A stretch of DNA of 53,083 nt from Raillietiella orientalis. Lineage: Eukaryota. Position numbers and translations under genes: made by a program. The notes beneath the pieces are model-generated. The model searched no databases. It was not told the DNA's origin and saw only the letters and a list, made by a program, of their open reading frames with translations. Within the stretch, counting starts at the first letter, position 1. Each line of letters begins with the position of its first letter. Below are positions 12,633 through 27,000 of this stretch, piece by piece. The stretch is taken from contig JAYWIR010000014.1 in assembly GCA_036172245.1 (NCBI GenBank), forward strand, positions 4,402,001-4,455,083, given 5' to 3'.

Positions 12633-15600
12633 ATCTTCTTCCTTTTTTCTTTTTCGTTATCCACTGTCGCCTCCCATCGAATTTTCATTTCCGCGATGCT
12701 ATCCCGAGAAACGATATTCAGAACGTGGGCGAAAAACGGATCCTCGAGAACGTGGTTCCACTTGCTTGTGCACTTGAGACGGTAGGTAGCAACCGGTGTG
12801 CGCGTCTTAACGAGCGTTCCGTCGGTCGCCGGTTCGTTCCTTGTGCGATTTCAACGGCGCCCCTACTTGTTCGCCCCGAAGCGAAATCAGATGACCCGGT
12901 CCGCATGCTGGCGGGCGATGTTCTCAGCTGGAAAGCGGTGCTGTGGAGTGAGCCGACGAGCGTGCCGTCCGGAAGCGAGCATCTTCACGGGGTTGGAGGA
13001 CAGATGGGACGCGGGATCCGAGGTCACTTGCGAAGAAAATGTTATCAAGCAAGTTTCTGAATACCAAAAGGTTGAGAAGGTTTTGCGGAAAGGAAATCCT
13101 TTTTCGAAGACTGGAGAAAGGATGCGTAAGATATATCTAGGATGGAGTTTATAGCGAGTACAGCAATGTGTACGTGGTGATGAGTGGGACTGGGAGAGCA
13201 TGCTTTCCGCGAAACCTTGAGAGCCATGGAGGATGGTTTCAGCCGGTAATCGCCGTCGGAATCCGGACTATACCGATTCCCTTCCTAGGTCGGCGCGTGT
13301 GGGGAGACGAGAAGTCCCTTTCGGAGGGATCAAGGATCTGGGACTCGTGGGAGGATGAAGGGATCAGTGCGGAGAGAAACGTATAAGGGGTCCGCCGTTC
13401 CAGCGAAGCCACAGGCAGGCTGATCAGACCGTCCGGAAGGCCCGTGCTAGCTAGGGGAAGGACTCTCATCGCCCGTGGAGACTATCTGCGCGCTAGTGAC
13501 GCGTCCCCCACTTTCCTGGGCCTCCCAGGACGGGTGCAGATGCACTGCTTCGCGTGAACCTCTCGAGGAGCGTGCGACTCTGCTTCTCCTTAGGCGAGAG
13601 CCACCATTCTGGAAAGGGGAGCTCCTGAAGGATGGAAGTGGAGAGCTTATCCCCCGCCACTTTCTCGGAATTTCACGGGAACGGAAAATGGGCTGCCGTC
13701 TGTCGAATGGGGAGCTCCAGTGGTCACCACAAGATCAGTGAGCTCCGGGGGAGGAAGAATGGTTCGGTAGACAGGCGAACAGGGTGGGAGAGAGTCGCGC
13801 AGGTGGAAGGAGAGGCTGGATGAAGGGAGCGGGAAGCAACCGGAGGGCACGAGGCGTGGACGGAGATCCAAGGGGCAGCCCACCCGCGCACGCAGAGGAG
13901 TAGCGTCGTCTGCGGGACAGCGTGACACGTGCGCCGCAGGTGGGAGGTTCTCTTGCCCTTCCTCAGAAATCGACGAAAGGGGGGGAGGGAGGGCGGCAGT
14001 TCCCGCAACGATTCTCTCCTCCTCTCCCTCTCCGGGAGGGAGCTGCGGATCCTCTCCGGGAGGTCTACGGGAGACATGGAGACAAGAGTCATCCTCCGAT
14101 TCCCCGGAGGGGGAGGTGAGTCTCCCCTCCTTCCTTGGTCCGGAGGCAGGGAGCGCTTCAATCCGTCTCCTCTCCCTCCAGCTCGAGGGAGGCTCCGGAG
14201 CTCTCCCGGCGCTTCCTCCGGGAGAGTTCTAGGGATAAGAGAGGATTTCTCGTTCGGTCGCGCCGAGGATCCAGCCGCAGCAAACAAGCGAAAGCGGTGG
14301 ACCAGGGAACGGGTTCTTGCCGGAACTGTCGCAGAGCGAAAGGGAGGGGAGGGTCCGACCATCGGTTTTTCCTCTCGCGCTTCTGGTCTCCGGTTCTCTC
14401 AGGATGCGAGCAGGCGGTCCTCGCTGACGGAGGCAGGTGGCGGGGGAATCTTCCTGCTCCCTGGGGCGCGGAAATGGACAGGATTAGGAGGGAGATGCTG
14501 CTGCTAGCAACGTGGCTCCGGCGCAAGGACCGTTGCGGCTTGGTTGTCGCGTGCTCGGCGACCACGAGGACCGCTGCTGCGTCCAGGGAGCGAACGTCCA
14601 TCTGGCGCGACGAGGTGCCCCCGGCGAGGATCCCACCGTGCTGCTCCGCCTCCCAGAGTGGTGGAGGACGAGCCAAGATATAGTGGGATGCGCGGGTCCA
14701 GTTTTTTTGCCGGTCCTGCGTCGCTCCATCTCTCCCTCGAGAGGGAAGGGAGACTCGCGAGATGATGGGCGGAACGTAGTGCTTCCGGGTCGACTCCCGC
14801 CACGCACGTGCGCCCGGGCGCAAACCGCTTCCCGCCTTTCGCTTGCTGAAAAGGAGAGTTTGAGTATCCATCTCTTCCATGGGGGTTTCCCCTTCCTTGG
14901 GCAGCGGGCGGGGAACTCTCAATGGCACTCTGACCCCGCTTCTGCAACCGGGCTCAAGGGAAGGGATTTCGGGGGTTGCCGCGGCAACGGCAGAGGACAG
15001 GACCGACCGTCAGAGGTAGGATGATTTCAGCAAGGTCTCGGAGAGTTCTCCACGAGGAGCAGACAAGACGTTGCAGGGTCATCTTCGCCCCCGGGGAAGA
15101 GGACATCGGTCCGAGGGTAGACTGGAAGAGCACAGGCCTAGGAAGGGCGTACACAACCCTGGGGGGTCGAGGAAAGCGACGGGCAGCCGATCGCCCTTTT
15201 CGAGGCGCGACGCCCCTGTGCCTCTCCAGGACTGAGCGGGAGGGACGCACGCAGTTCGATTCCCCGGGCGACGCGCTTGGTTCCGTCCCTGCACCACTTC
15301 TCCGGAGCACACGGTGGAGAGAGGAGGTTTTGAATGGCTCCCTCCACTGAGAAATGGCGGGGAGCGGAACGCCCTCCCCCCTCCTTCCTTCAATGCAACC
15401 CCTATCCCTTCGCGCCAGTGGCAGCGAATAGGAGGAAGGGCTTTCGAGTCCGACCTTCTCCTCCCGTCTTTCTTTCCCTGGGGGCCGAAGGAGGTTCCTG
15501 GGAGAGGGAACCCGAAGAGCAAGAAGGCGGTCAACAACGAACATAAGCGAAGAGCCAGGAAAGGAGACGGTAAAGCCAGGAGCACCGAGGAAGGAGTCAC

Positions 15601-17560
15601 CGGAGCGGGTGGTTTTTCCCGAGAGACGGAGGGGAAAGGAAGGATCCCGGCGGCAACCCCCGAGGAAGGACGCGGAGTCGGCTGCGTTCGCCGAGCAGCG
15701 GGCGAATGCAGGAGAGACAGGGGTACCTCCGTTACCCAGGCAACCGCGAGCGGTCTTTCCCCGGCCCGGCTAGGGATTCCTGCGAGATACCTTTTCACCC
15801 CTGCATTTTGATGCTCCCTGCTGAGTCCTTCCCTCCCTGCGTCCGCAGAGGGAGCGGTCCCTTCCTTCCTCCTTCGCCCCGCGTCGCAGCCGGGGAGGGA
15901 AGGGGAGGGGGAGCTGCACTTCGTCTGCTATCCGAAAAGGCAGGTGCCCTTTCCCCCTGCCTCGCCGCTGTTTGGCGGACGAAGGAGGAGGAAGGCACGT
16001 GAGACTCGTCGCAAGGCCTCTCGTGAAGGCGGAGGCGAGGTGAAATGGCTCCATGGGAGGATTTTCCTTCCTGGGGCCCGCGGAGAGAAAGATCCCTGCC
16101 GACCCCTCCGCCTATCGCAACATCCCCCCCCAACGATCCTAATAGAAGGCAGCGCATCCGACCCGGATCCGACCCCAGCGAAACTGGGTTCCAGTTTTTC
16201 GTCGACGGGAGCGATTCCGTCCCTCCAGACGGGCTGGTGCGGCCAAGCGGCGGCGATGCCGCCAGGAAGCAACAGCCAGAGTCAGTCTCTAAGCAGGTCT
16301 CTCCCAGGAACCTTTCGCTGCCACCCGGAAGGTGGTAGCGGAAGGTTCCTGGACTCGGGAGGCGGAAGCCAAGGGCGCGCTGACCTCATCCATCCACGCG
16401 GGCAGCAGTCAAAGAGCTGTCTCGACGACTCGACGACTGCGAGTCGGCCCAACGCGCCGGGCGGGACCGCGAGAAGCTCTCTTCTTCCCTCGTGGGCACT
16501 TGGATATCGAGTTTCCCCCATACCGTGGGCCGCAGATTCCCTCCAGGTTCTCGCATCTCGCCCGTCCGGCTTCGACCTGTCCCTCGATCGCTGCTCTTGG
16601 CATCAGCTTGCGGGCCGCGGCCTTTCCGAAGAGGCGCGGCAACGCCGAATCCTGAACGCCAGATCGGGGTCCCCTCCGCGGCATTTGGAACAAAGGAGAG
16701 CTCTCAGGAAGGGAGCCTCGATCGAAGGGAAGAGGGGGGAAAAAGTAACAAGGGAGTGAACCCCAGTCGTAGTCCTGAGCGGGAGAAGATGCTTGCCCAA
16801 TGCGAGGGTCCCCCGTATATATGCAAATTTTTGGTTAAAAGGGGGAAAAACTTCTTCCTCGTGAAAGCTGCTGGTCGCCGCTGCGAAAGGACCCGCATCC
16901 TGGGGGCGCGGGGCGCGCTCTCGTCGAGAAAGCTCGGAAACTGGAATTCGTCGCGAAATCCACCGTGCGCGAGGTGGCAATCCTGACAGAAGCGCGCGCT
17001 TACCGATCTGCGGGCCTCGTTTGCCTCCGCGTGCGGGGAGCATCGCAACGTGGACGCGGGGGAGGCCACAGACCACGTGCGTGCGCACTGCACAGACCTG
17101 TACACAGGCGGTCCTGAGCCGGGACCAAAGCAACCGTACACGTCCAGGGGCATCTTCATGTGTGTATTTGCATGAATCTTTTGTGTACTCTCAGGGGTAC
17201 GCGCGCTTCTCCAACCCTAATGCAAGCAAGGCAACCCTCGCAATCTGAACCGTCGAAGCGAAGAAAAATTACCGTGCGTGCACTGAAATCGTTCCCGGTG
17301 ATTAATGATGATTTCCAGGAGCTCTGTGGCTCAGGAACGAACTGACGGTACTTATGAAAAGTGCTACGCCGTAAGTTGTAACAGACGATAAGGCACAGAT
17401 AACAATAAGTTTTCCTCACTTTGCGAATCTGATGCTTCATTTTTTTTCTTGCGGCTTTTCTGGATTCACACTTGAAGACGGAAAAAGCCAACTCGCCTGA
17501 GATCCAAGAAAACGTAGGATTCGCGGATGTCGCATGGGCCCACACCGGGTAAGGGACCAA

Positions 17561-17698
17561 TGTATGTGTGTGGGCGTGTGTACATGTGTGTGGGCACATG
17601 TATCTGTTTTGTCATGTGTGTGGGCGCGTGTACCTGTGTGTCATGTGTGTGGGCGTGTGCATGCACACACATATGTGTGAGTGCAAGCGCGCACGTGT
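17561..17698. repeat. Degenerate (TG)-rich repeat with 4 copies of ATGTGTGTGGGC
   Basis: Motif at 17564, 17584, 17614 and 17643 within alternating purine-pyrimidine sequence. Confidence 0.85.
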
Positions 17699-20600
17699 AG
17701 AGGAGAGAGAGTGAAATTTATGTTTCGCTCGTGCGTGTCCCACTTCGCGAGACGACACCGCCGGCTGCCGAGGAGGAATTTCGCCCGTGTCCACCCACCA
17801 CGTGTCGGGAGACAGCTCGAAGGTTCCCGGCGAGGCCAGAGGCACGCGCACCTCGAAGGAAGCGGAGCGGAAGGGAATGCGAGCCCCGTGAGGATGGCGC
17901 GCATTTGCTGCGTGCCACCGCCTGGAAGATCTCGGAAAGCGAGCGACCGAACGCTCGGTCATCTCCCTGCATGTGGAAGGGAGGCGTTGCCGTGGAGACT
18001 GCTGCTGCTGCTTCGGCACTGGGAAGACAGGGGAACTCCGGAAACGGCCGCCCTGGAGCGGGAGGCCGGAAAGTCGAGCCTGCCCGGCCTGGACCCCGCG
18101 CCAAGGGGCCGTACCGGTGGGCGCGCGGAGGGAGGGAGATCGATCCCACCCGCAAGCCGCACGTCCACCCTCTTCGCCTGCTGGGCGCGTACGTACGCCT
18201 GGGTTACTCGGGGAGCACGTTGCGACCCTTTTCCGCAGGAGCGGAAGCGAAGCGGGCGGCCGCGGCCTTCTTGCAGCAGCAGCTGCAAGAAAGGCCGCGT
18301 TCTCGTCCCGGACACTCGTGGGGTCCGGGACGAACGTTGAGGAGAGGTCGCAGCGGGGTTTCTCTCCCCGAGGACCGGGCGTCCTCTCGAACGAATCTTT
18401 GCCGCATTTCCCGCCGGAAGTGACGTCGTCGTGGTGGCCTGGCCGGCGAAAGCGCGAGGGTAGGGGGGAGGCAGGCTCCAGGCGGAGAAGATGGGCAACC
18501 GGCCCGCGTCCGAAGCGGATCGGCGGCGTCCTTCAACGCGTGCCGTGACCTGAAGCGCCCGATCTGGAGTCGTGGCCCCGAGGAGGGCCTGACAGATCGG
18601 CGGTTGGACAGCCCCGCTGGCGGGGTGTGGCAGACGGTGGGCCACTCTTGCTCCCTCGCAGGCTCAGGGTCTTCCTGCTTCCTCGGGACCCCTGCACTTG
18701 GACTTCAGGGGGGGGTAGCCAGTCCCGATCGTAACCTGCCCTCAGGGAAGAGAGGGGTGGGTGGAGGAGCTTTCCTGTCTCCTTGTTCGGGCCATCCTTG
18801 TCCCATCCTCATCCAGGGAAGAGGGAGGAACAGGAGGAGAGAGACGGAGGCGCAGCTGTCCCCCTTGCCTGCAACGCCTCTCGGGAGTAGCCCTCTTCCA
18901 GGATTTCCCGCTGTCTCGGGACGCAGTTCCTTTTCCTGGCTGTGGCGGGAACGAGGGCGGGATATGCAGCGCGTTTCGAGGAGGGAAGGAGGAAGTGGGG
19001 GTCGGAAAATCCGTCGGCCCGGACGACCCAAAGGGGCACAACTGTCCTCTGCTCCCTCCGGCGGCCTCCTCCGGGAGGAGGCGTCGCGAGCGAGAGGGGC
19101 GGGAGAGAGGATCGCCCCGCCAGAGCGGAGCACACTTGACCTCCCCGCCTCCGCGACCCTGAGCGTTCCTATTGTCCCGCGAGTCCTCTCGTTTTCGACT
19201 TGGGATGCCATCCGGGGAGAGAGACGTCCTCAATGGAGAGTCCGCCAACGTGGAGATGGCGCACCCCAAGGAAGGAACCCCCCCCTCCGGCAACTCTCCT
19301 TGCATAGCGTCCACTCCGTTCCGGTCTCCTCGTCCCGCCTGCGTCCCGGGAGAGGGGCTCGCCGCTCCGGTCTTCCGGGCGTGGTGCCAGCAGGCCCTTC
19401 TCGCGCAGAGTTGGTCACCCACGAGCGACCGCCGCGCAATCCTCCCCTCTGTGCTAGGACTAGGACCGACTTCCCCTCCCGTCCACGCGGCGAAGGACCC
19501 GAGGTCTCCCGAAAACCGCTGCTCCCCTCTCTCCCTCCTCCATCCGACCGACCGGAGGGGTCCAGTCAAGAGCGGCTCATTTTTCGGCCATGGCAGAGGA
19601 AGGGGAGGGAGGAAACCCCCATATCCTCCTGCCCGAGAGGCGGCGCGATGACCGCGGACTCGAAGACAGAAGGCAGCTGCCCTCGAGGGAAGAGCCCTTC
19701 CCGATTGCGGCGATCCGCCGGCTGGCTCCTCGCTCCCGCGCCGCGGAAGGATTCTCGAGGGATTGGGAATGGGCGTTCCTCCCGCCAAAAGAAAAAAAAA
19801 ATGGTGGAGAAGGATGCGACGGAAGTGGAAAGTCAACGGGCGCGCGCGAGAGTGGGGTTCGGTTGGTTCCCGAAACTATGGGGCATGTGGGGGAGGGCGG
19901 ACACTCCTGCCAGCGACCAAGGTCGGCTGGCAGGAGGAGACCCTTGGCTTCACTCCTGCGACTCCGTCGGGAGGAGCGACCCTGTGAAATTGCGCACTGC
20001 GGAGTCGACCAGGGGGCAGCATGGAAGGAGTCCTCTCCTCCCTTCCCCTCGCTCTTTTCTGTGCGTCTGGGTCGGCAGCGGGTCTGGCAACGAAGGGGCC
20101 ACGCGGACACTGCCTTCCTGGAACCGACGCCCGAAGGCCGGTGTCAGAGGGTCTGCCAGGTCCCAGGGAGCACTCTCAATCGACAGCGCCGGCTGGCGGG
20201 GGGGGGAGGAGGAAGAGAGAAGAAGCTCCTTGGCGGGAAGGGGGGGCGTGCCCGAATCTCGAGGGGTCCGTCATCTCGGAGCTGGAGAACCCCGCGTCTG
20301 ATCCAGGAGGCGGCCCCGGATGGGGTGAGAGAACGATCGAGAGGCAGGGTCAAAGTAGCGTCTTCCATTGGCAGCGTTGGCGCTGCCTCTGGATCCACGG
20401 CAACCGCCGGAAACTTCTCCACCTTTCCCCCTGCGGCCTCCCTCCTCCCGGAACGCCTTTTTCGGCGGGAACGAGATTCCCACCTGAAGACGTCGGGACG
20501 TTTCTGAAACTTCAAAAGAAACTCTCAAATTGTGGCGGAATACGCGTGGTCCTACCACGCTCCGTTTGTCCACGGATCTGCGGCGAATGGTTCGCGGTTG

Positions 20601-21050
20601 CGGCAGTGGACAGGCGGTCAGAGCAGCTGTTGTGGATGCTTCAAATAGGCTAGCTGGACGAAGGGAGGGTACTAAAAAAAGAAAAGAAAAAAATTCTGCC
20701 TTCCCCGTTTAGGAGCGAGTCAACTGAGCAACGTCGTCCAGGGCCGTGAAAAGGCGCGTTCCCACTCGTCCCTGCGGAACGTAAATGAGCAAATGAGGAA
20801 GCAGTGCGCACGATTTCGGAATCGCTTGTTTATTCCCGGGTTTCCATGGTGACCGCTAGGCTGCTTTCGTTTCGGAAACGTTTTGCAGACCTGTTGCAAT
20901 TAGTTGGTGACATGCATGTGCTCGTTACAAACTCTGGTATTCAAGGAAATGCTTCTACCCCTCTCCAAGGAATCATCGGACGGTCGGTTTGTAAGCGATG
21001 CCATCGATCCACTTCAGTGTGGCGCTTCATTCGTGGCCTTTTTTTTTTTT

Positions 21051-21073
21051 TGCTGCTGCTGCTGCTGCTGCTG
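21051..21073. repeat. Short (TGC)n microsatellite following a T-run
   Basis: About 7 TGC units directly after a poly-T tract. Confidence 0.85.
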
Positions 21074-24000
21074 TTCCTCGTCATTTTCCTGCAGTGTCGC
21101 GCGTCGCATACGTGAGCCCATCTTGTTCCAAAAGTCGATTCCATGAATAAAAAAAAGGAAGGAGAAAAACGAGAGGTAAAAACGAGGGGCAGACATTTCG
21201 GGAGAGGCACGGACAGACGAGGTCCGCACGTGTTTGTCACTCCTTGCTCCCCGCTCGCTCGCTCGCGCGAAGCTTTTGTTTTCGCTCGCTCCGCTGGTGC
21301 AGCGATTTGTCACTTCGATTTGTCACATCACGGAATCGGGGAAATTCGTGAAGCGAGAATCCCGAGGCTCCGCGGAACATGGAAACTCCAGCATCCGGAG
21401 TTGCTGTGCGACCGACCGAACGAACAAACAAACACAAAAAGGACACAAGTGTGTCTTCACGAGTGCGCCGCAAAGCCGAATGGGAGGAGGTCGTTGGGAT
21501 TCTCTCCGCGCGCCTCTCCCCCGACCGACGGGGCGCAATGGCCGGCTCCTTACACACCCCGTCTTGACAGAGGCAGCGTGGCGGATTCGGGATGAGCGCG
21601 AAACCGAGAGCTCTCGTCCGCTGCGCCCTGCCGGTCGGCGCGCGGACGCTGGTCCGTCGGGTCGTTCTCCCTTCCTGGACGACCGTTCCTCTTGGCGCTG
21701 TATGGAGTTTTCGATTCGTCGGCTCTTCTCCGCCTGGCAAAAGGAAACGAGAAGGGGGAGAGGGAATCTTCCCCCCGGGGTTCGCGTACGAACAGTTGAC
21801 GTGCTCCTTGCTCCCTTCTCTCGGCTCCCAGAGGAGCGCTTTTTCCAGAGCGTGGATGATAGCGACAGCAACCAGCTGGAGGATGCTGCCCCCTCCTCCC
21901 TCTGGTTTCGGTCCGGGCTCGCAAGCGACCAGAACTCACGAACCGAACTCCATGGCTCCAGGAAGCCGAGAGAGGTGGGATGGAAAGCCGAGTTTCATCT
22001 GGATTGGACCGGGGCTGGATCCCCTCCAAGTCCTGTTCGGCTTGTCCCCTTCCTCCCTTAAGAGTTCAGCGACACAGGAAGTCCGCTAAATACCCAGAAA
22101 AGCGTTCTTTCGAGCGCGCGGTCTCGAACTGAGAGTTCCTGTAGGACTTCGCTCCCCCTCGAAACAGCCACAGGAGAAAGGAGGAGGCGGGGGTCGGGCA
22201 AGAGTTTTTGACGTCGGCCTTGTTTGAAGGCCGAGGAGGGCGGGGCGTCAACACTTTCTCGCCGCCCACTCCTCGTGAATTTTTTCTCGAGGGCTTCTCG
22301 GCGCACGGATCACTTCTGCTCACTCCCGCCTTTCAGGGGAAGTGACTCCGGGGGACTGTCCGAATTTCCCGGAGCTCAGGCATTCGAGAATGGATCTCCG
22401 GCATGGACCAGCCGGGTCCTTCCGGATGCAACCAGAGAGACGAGGCTGCAGGGTGAGGAAGAGGGGAAGGTGAACCACAGTACATGACGGGGAAGAGGCA
22501 ACTGCTTCTGGAAGGGTTTGACCCTTGCGACTGCGAGTGCGCACCGACGGACGAGAGGGAGCGCGCCAAACCGGGAGGAGAAAGTTCAAGAGTGCCTTTC
22601 TTCCCAAGAAGGCGGTGCGTTCATCAGGGAAGCGAGCAGGTCCGGTTCCTTGCATTTCCTCGCCGAATTCCTTCTTACAAGTCTATCAACAATTTCATAA
22701 TCCAATTCTAATAAATTCCAAATAAACATCGGAGGGGGGAGGAAATCGGCTGCTTGGAGAGTGAGGTGCGGCGGCCTCTTCCAGGCGACGTCGAGCTCCG
22801 CGATTCCGTAGGGATGCACATGCCCTTCAGGAGTCGCTGCAATGAACGGGGGGGTTGCGGCGGGCGCACTCTGCGCAGGCCGCCGCCGCCGCCGCCGTGA
22901 CCCTGGGGATTGCTTCGTCCCCGTTCCCCTTCTGCAAGCATGGAAGTGATTTGGTTGGCGTTCCCGCTGCCCCCACTCGCGTTCGAGTCTGCCGACGAGA
23001 TAAGGGTGTGCTATGTGCCTCTAACGGCGCGAAGATACCGTCCCGGGGAGGATCAGGAAGAAGCGACACGAGCCTCTGCCACACCTCCCCCTCCCCTCCT
23101 CCGCCAGCGACGACAAGCTTGACGAATCGCTGCACCAACCTTCTCTTCCCTTGCCAGCCTCTTTTCCTGAGAGGAGGAGTCCGACCGGACTTTTCAGGTC
23201 TCCTCTGCAATCCCCGGATGCTCTCAAGCCCGGATGCGCGCAGCGTCACCTGGCTGCCGCGGTGATGCAGCCGGGTCCATGCCTCTCCGGAGATCCGCGA
23301 GGGGTAAATCTCCGCCTTCGTCGTCCTCTCTCGCCTCTGTTACGCCCCCCTCGCCGCCTTCCCTTCTCCACCGCACGCGTGAGGAGCGTCTGCTTGTCAA
23401 AGGGCGCGCGAGCCTGCAAGAGAACAAGAGAAAGCACCTGCAGATGGTCCGATCTCCTGATCTGGCTGTAAGAAGAACCGGCGTTCTGCCTGAGCGTGCT
23501 TGCTTGCTCCTCCAGGAAGCAAAGAACCTTCCAAGGACGGCAGCATGTCCCGGTGTTCTCCCCGCTGCGAGAGGAGGAGCCGTGCTGTCACCAGCTGCAG
23601 CCCGGGGACGCACATGGCGAAAGCATCACGCACACCAGCGGACACGGAACGGGGAATAGGAGAAACCTAGTAGGGCAGGGGACGCTGCTGGTGGCGGCGA
23701 CGTTTGGAGGCATCTGGTTCAGTTTTGTCGACTCTGGAGACCGGAGGGGAAAGGAAAATTGTCCGGGATCTCGGGGGGATCAGTTGACCTCGCACGGTGA
23801 GGTGGCTCGTGGCAGTAGGCAACCGGGTCCGTGTGGGTGTAACGCGGGAGAACTGTCCCGCGGGTGCGAGCATCGGGCAGCAGGAAATCACCGCGTCAGT
23901 CCTCGGTCGTCGCCGAATCCCGGTGTCTTGCATCGCCTGCTCTCTCACGGCGCTTCGCGCGTGTCTAAGAATGGAGGGCGTGACCCGACCGTTCCTAGAG

Positions 24001-27000
24001 TTGGCGTCGTCTGAAGCACATCAGCAGTAATTGAGGGAATGTCTGTAGCAGGGGTCCCCCACTCGCGCTAACGTCCTCCGCCGACGTGGGAAAATTTCTG
24101 CAAGCATCCGTAAGAGTCGCGTCTGGACTCTATTAACGGTGCGCGCCGCGTTCACGTAACGCGCAGCTCATCTGGCGTGCGGACAGTCTTGCGGTTAACC
24201 CGTTCGTTCAGAGAGAGTCGGTCGCACGAGCTCCGCGGCAGCGGCGGCGGCTCTGAGCTGCCCGTTCGGACTGGCACGGCCGAAATCGAAAGAGGACACC
24301 AAGCCGGTTTGTTGCTGAACCGTCGCTAAAGTCCGCACTCTCCTTCGTCACGTCACGTCTTCGCGCCGGAGGAAGCGAAGGAAGAGGTTCCGTCCGCGGT
24401 GTTGCGGGTGCTGCTGCATTCTCGCGTCCGTTTCCGTTTGCTTGCGTCTGCCGGTGGCTCCATTCGAGACGAGAAGGGGAGCTGTGAGGCTGTCGGATGC
24501 TTCTGCATCGATGGTTCGTGGAGGAAGCTTCACGTGCGCGCGAGCGAGTCGGCACGTTGCGGAGTTGGCAACATGAACGTTCTCATGACTTTCCGACCGT
24601 GGCCTTTCCATCTCGGAGATGCTGTGCTCGATTCGAGTTCCCTTTAGCGTTTTCTTTTCTCTCTTTCTTTCCTCCTTTTTTTTTTCTTCTAAAAAAAAAT
24701 GCTCCAGGAGGGATGTCTTGCGAAAAACTGAGCCGATCTTCAAAGTCCCGAACGCGCGATATCATAAGGGACGTGTGCCCGGGTATTGTAGGTGGTGGGC
24801 TCCTGGAGGAGTTGGTCGCGACGCCGAACGAACTTGTCGGGCAATCGCTCTTCCGACGGTAGCAGGAAGGGCAAACTTGCGCAGCGCTCAGCTTCGCGGA
24901 GAGCTCCCCACAGCTTCACGGAGTGTCACCAAGCAGACCTAACAATTTCCCTCTTTGGGAGAAGCTCGCGGGGAGCAATGGGTTCCGAAAAATCTCAGGT
25001 GTACAGCGCGGAAATCATTGCGGTGGGGAAGAAGAACGGCGATGAGGACAATGAATCTTGCAAAATTCAATAAAGCTCCGTGGCGTGGCAACGTGCTCGC
25101 AGCCATAAAACACAACCGTGTCGAAGCGATATCGGTATTCCTGGCATTCCCGGCTGTTGTATTTTTCTGGAAATCAGAGGTTTCCTTCCATTCCGCGGGC
25201 AAGGCTTCGGAGTCTCCTTGCATCCTAGAAGAAAAATGACCAAAGGATTAGTTAATGCGTGATTACTATTGCTTAATGATTTACGGAGCTCATTTGCAAA
25301 AAAAAAAAGGGGGGGGTGGAGGGGAGAGAGGAGAGAAAGAAGGAGAGATCATTAAGAGCAGTGTCTCTGATGCTTCCAGAGGGCACGCTTCGATGGGAAG
25401 CCACTCCGCGTTCCGTTTGTCTCAACAGATCGTTTTTCCGGCGGAGTCGCCGAGGGGCTTGTACGCACCCCCTTTCCCTCGGGGAGGGTAATGATGGACG
25501 AGGAGTAACAGCAGTTCGATGCTGCATACACGCGCGACCCTCTTCCCCCCCCCCCCCCCCCTGCCCACGTGCGGCTGCCATCGCGAAGCGGTGAGCTCGG
25601 AAATCTTCCGCGGACTGCCTTTCGAGATGAGTTGCCAAGGCCCAGAACCGGCGGAACCTCACCCGATTCTGCACGATCTCTTCCTTCCATCGGATCCACA
25701 TCCTCGGGGATGATGCCGGAATTCGTGAAGGAATTCCCGTGTGTCAAATATCGTCAGACCCTCCTTTTGATCTTTGGATCCGTCTGATTCTCCCGAATCC
25801 CGATCATCAATCATACCTCCGTAGACGGATGAGCTTCCCTGGGTGAATTCGAGGCCCGTTTTCCTCCCTCTCCCGTGTTATCCTTCATTTTTTATTTATG
25901 GATCAGCATAAATGCTTTAATAATCTGCCCAATATCCCCCTGGTCTGATTTCATCGCGGCCCTGTCAAGTCACCGGGTATGCGACTGAGCCGGTCCCTCC
26001 CCCCTTCCCGTCGAGTTGCTCCTCCCGGATGCCCCTGTGCACTCGTTGTCAATCAGGGCAAATCGGTTCGCTCTCCGTCGGAATCCATGCCTTCCGGTTT
26101 GGTTCGCGAGCTCTCCGCGGGGCCTTCTTCAGCTGCTCCTTTCCCAAAGCGGGGAGAGAAGGACCTTTGGCCAGCCGAGCTCCTCCATTTGCCCTCCCTC
26201 CGTGCCTGGCCATGTCGTCCGCTTCGAGGATGACTCCGTTAGAAACCGGAGCGGGAGGACCGAACCGTAGCGTTCTATCTCCGAATCGCCCCAGGGATTG
26301 GTTGCCTCCTCAGAGTGTGTGACGCAGAGCTCAGGATGATGCCTTCTTCAGGAGCGCGCGCGGGTTTCCCCGCGACGGAGCCCCTCTCCTCAAGAGGGAG
26401 GGGAAGCTATCTTTCCCGGAACACGTCGGAGGTAGTTTTGCAGGGGCTTCCGTGCTCTGTTCCGGGAACGTGTGTGCGGCATCCCCCCGCCACGAGCGAC
26501 CTGAGACGGGAGTGGCTTTCCGGCGACCGCCGCCCTGGATTTCCGCGTCATCAATCGTGCAGCCGAGACTTCCATCCCGAGATGTGCATGCGCAGCTCTA
26601 AACGGCACAAAAGGTCGGGGAAAGGCGAGAGAAGGATTTTTCCCCTGCGCAAAAACTGGGCAGTAAATCTCCATGGAGACGCGCGGTGCGGAGCTCCCGG
26701 TTCACCAGCTCTTTTGCGTAGGGGAGGAAGGAGGAGGCCATGGTTGAATGGAGCGAGCGCGCAGGATGTTTTGTTCGCAAAGTTGCGCGCGCGAAAGCAC
26801 TCTTGATCCAGGGGTGGCCTCTCCGCGTGGACGTTCGCTAGCGGCTGGCCACAGAGCGCCGCGCGTGCGACCGGGAACGACCCGAGCCTGCCTGCAGAAG
26901 GGTGCCGAAGCTATGGACGTTTGAGTCGAGTCGTCAGGGCAACGGAGATGACCGTTCCGGATCCCTTTCTTGCAGCGTTCGCTTGGTGCGCGTTTGCTGG

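Noticed and set aside
12281..13060. Poly-Lys and poly-Leu ORFs
   Set aside because: Translations of the (TTC)35 microsatellite and the 86-bp repeat.
18604..20301. 565-aa + strand ORF
   Set aside because: R/G/P/S-rich with no domain or visible codon bias, and overlapped by long ORFs in other frames, as expected from stop-codon scarcity at high GC.
23250..23413. Minus-strand exon candidate (strong acceptor, CAG|GTGACG donor)
   Set aside because: It can be chained in frame with other candidates, but the peptide is GC-typical with no homology or codon bias, and such signal pairs arise by chance.
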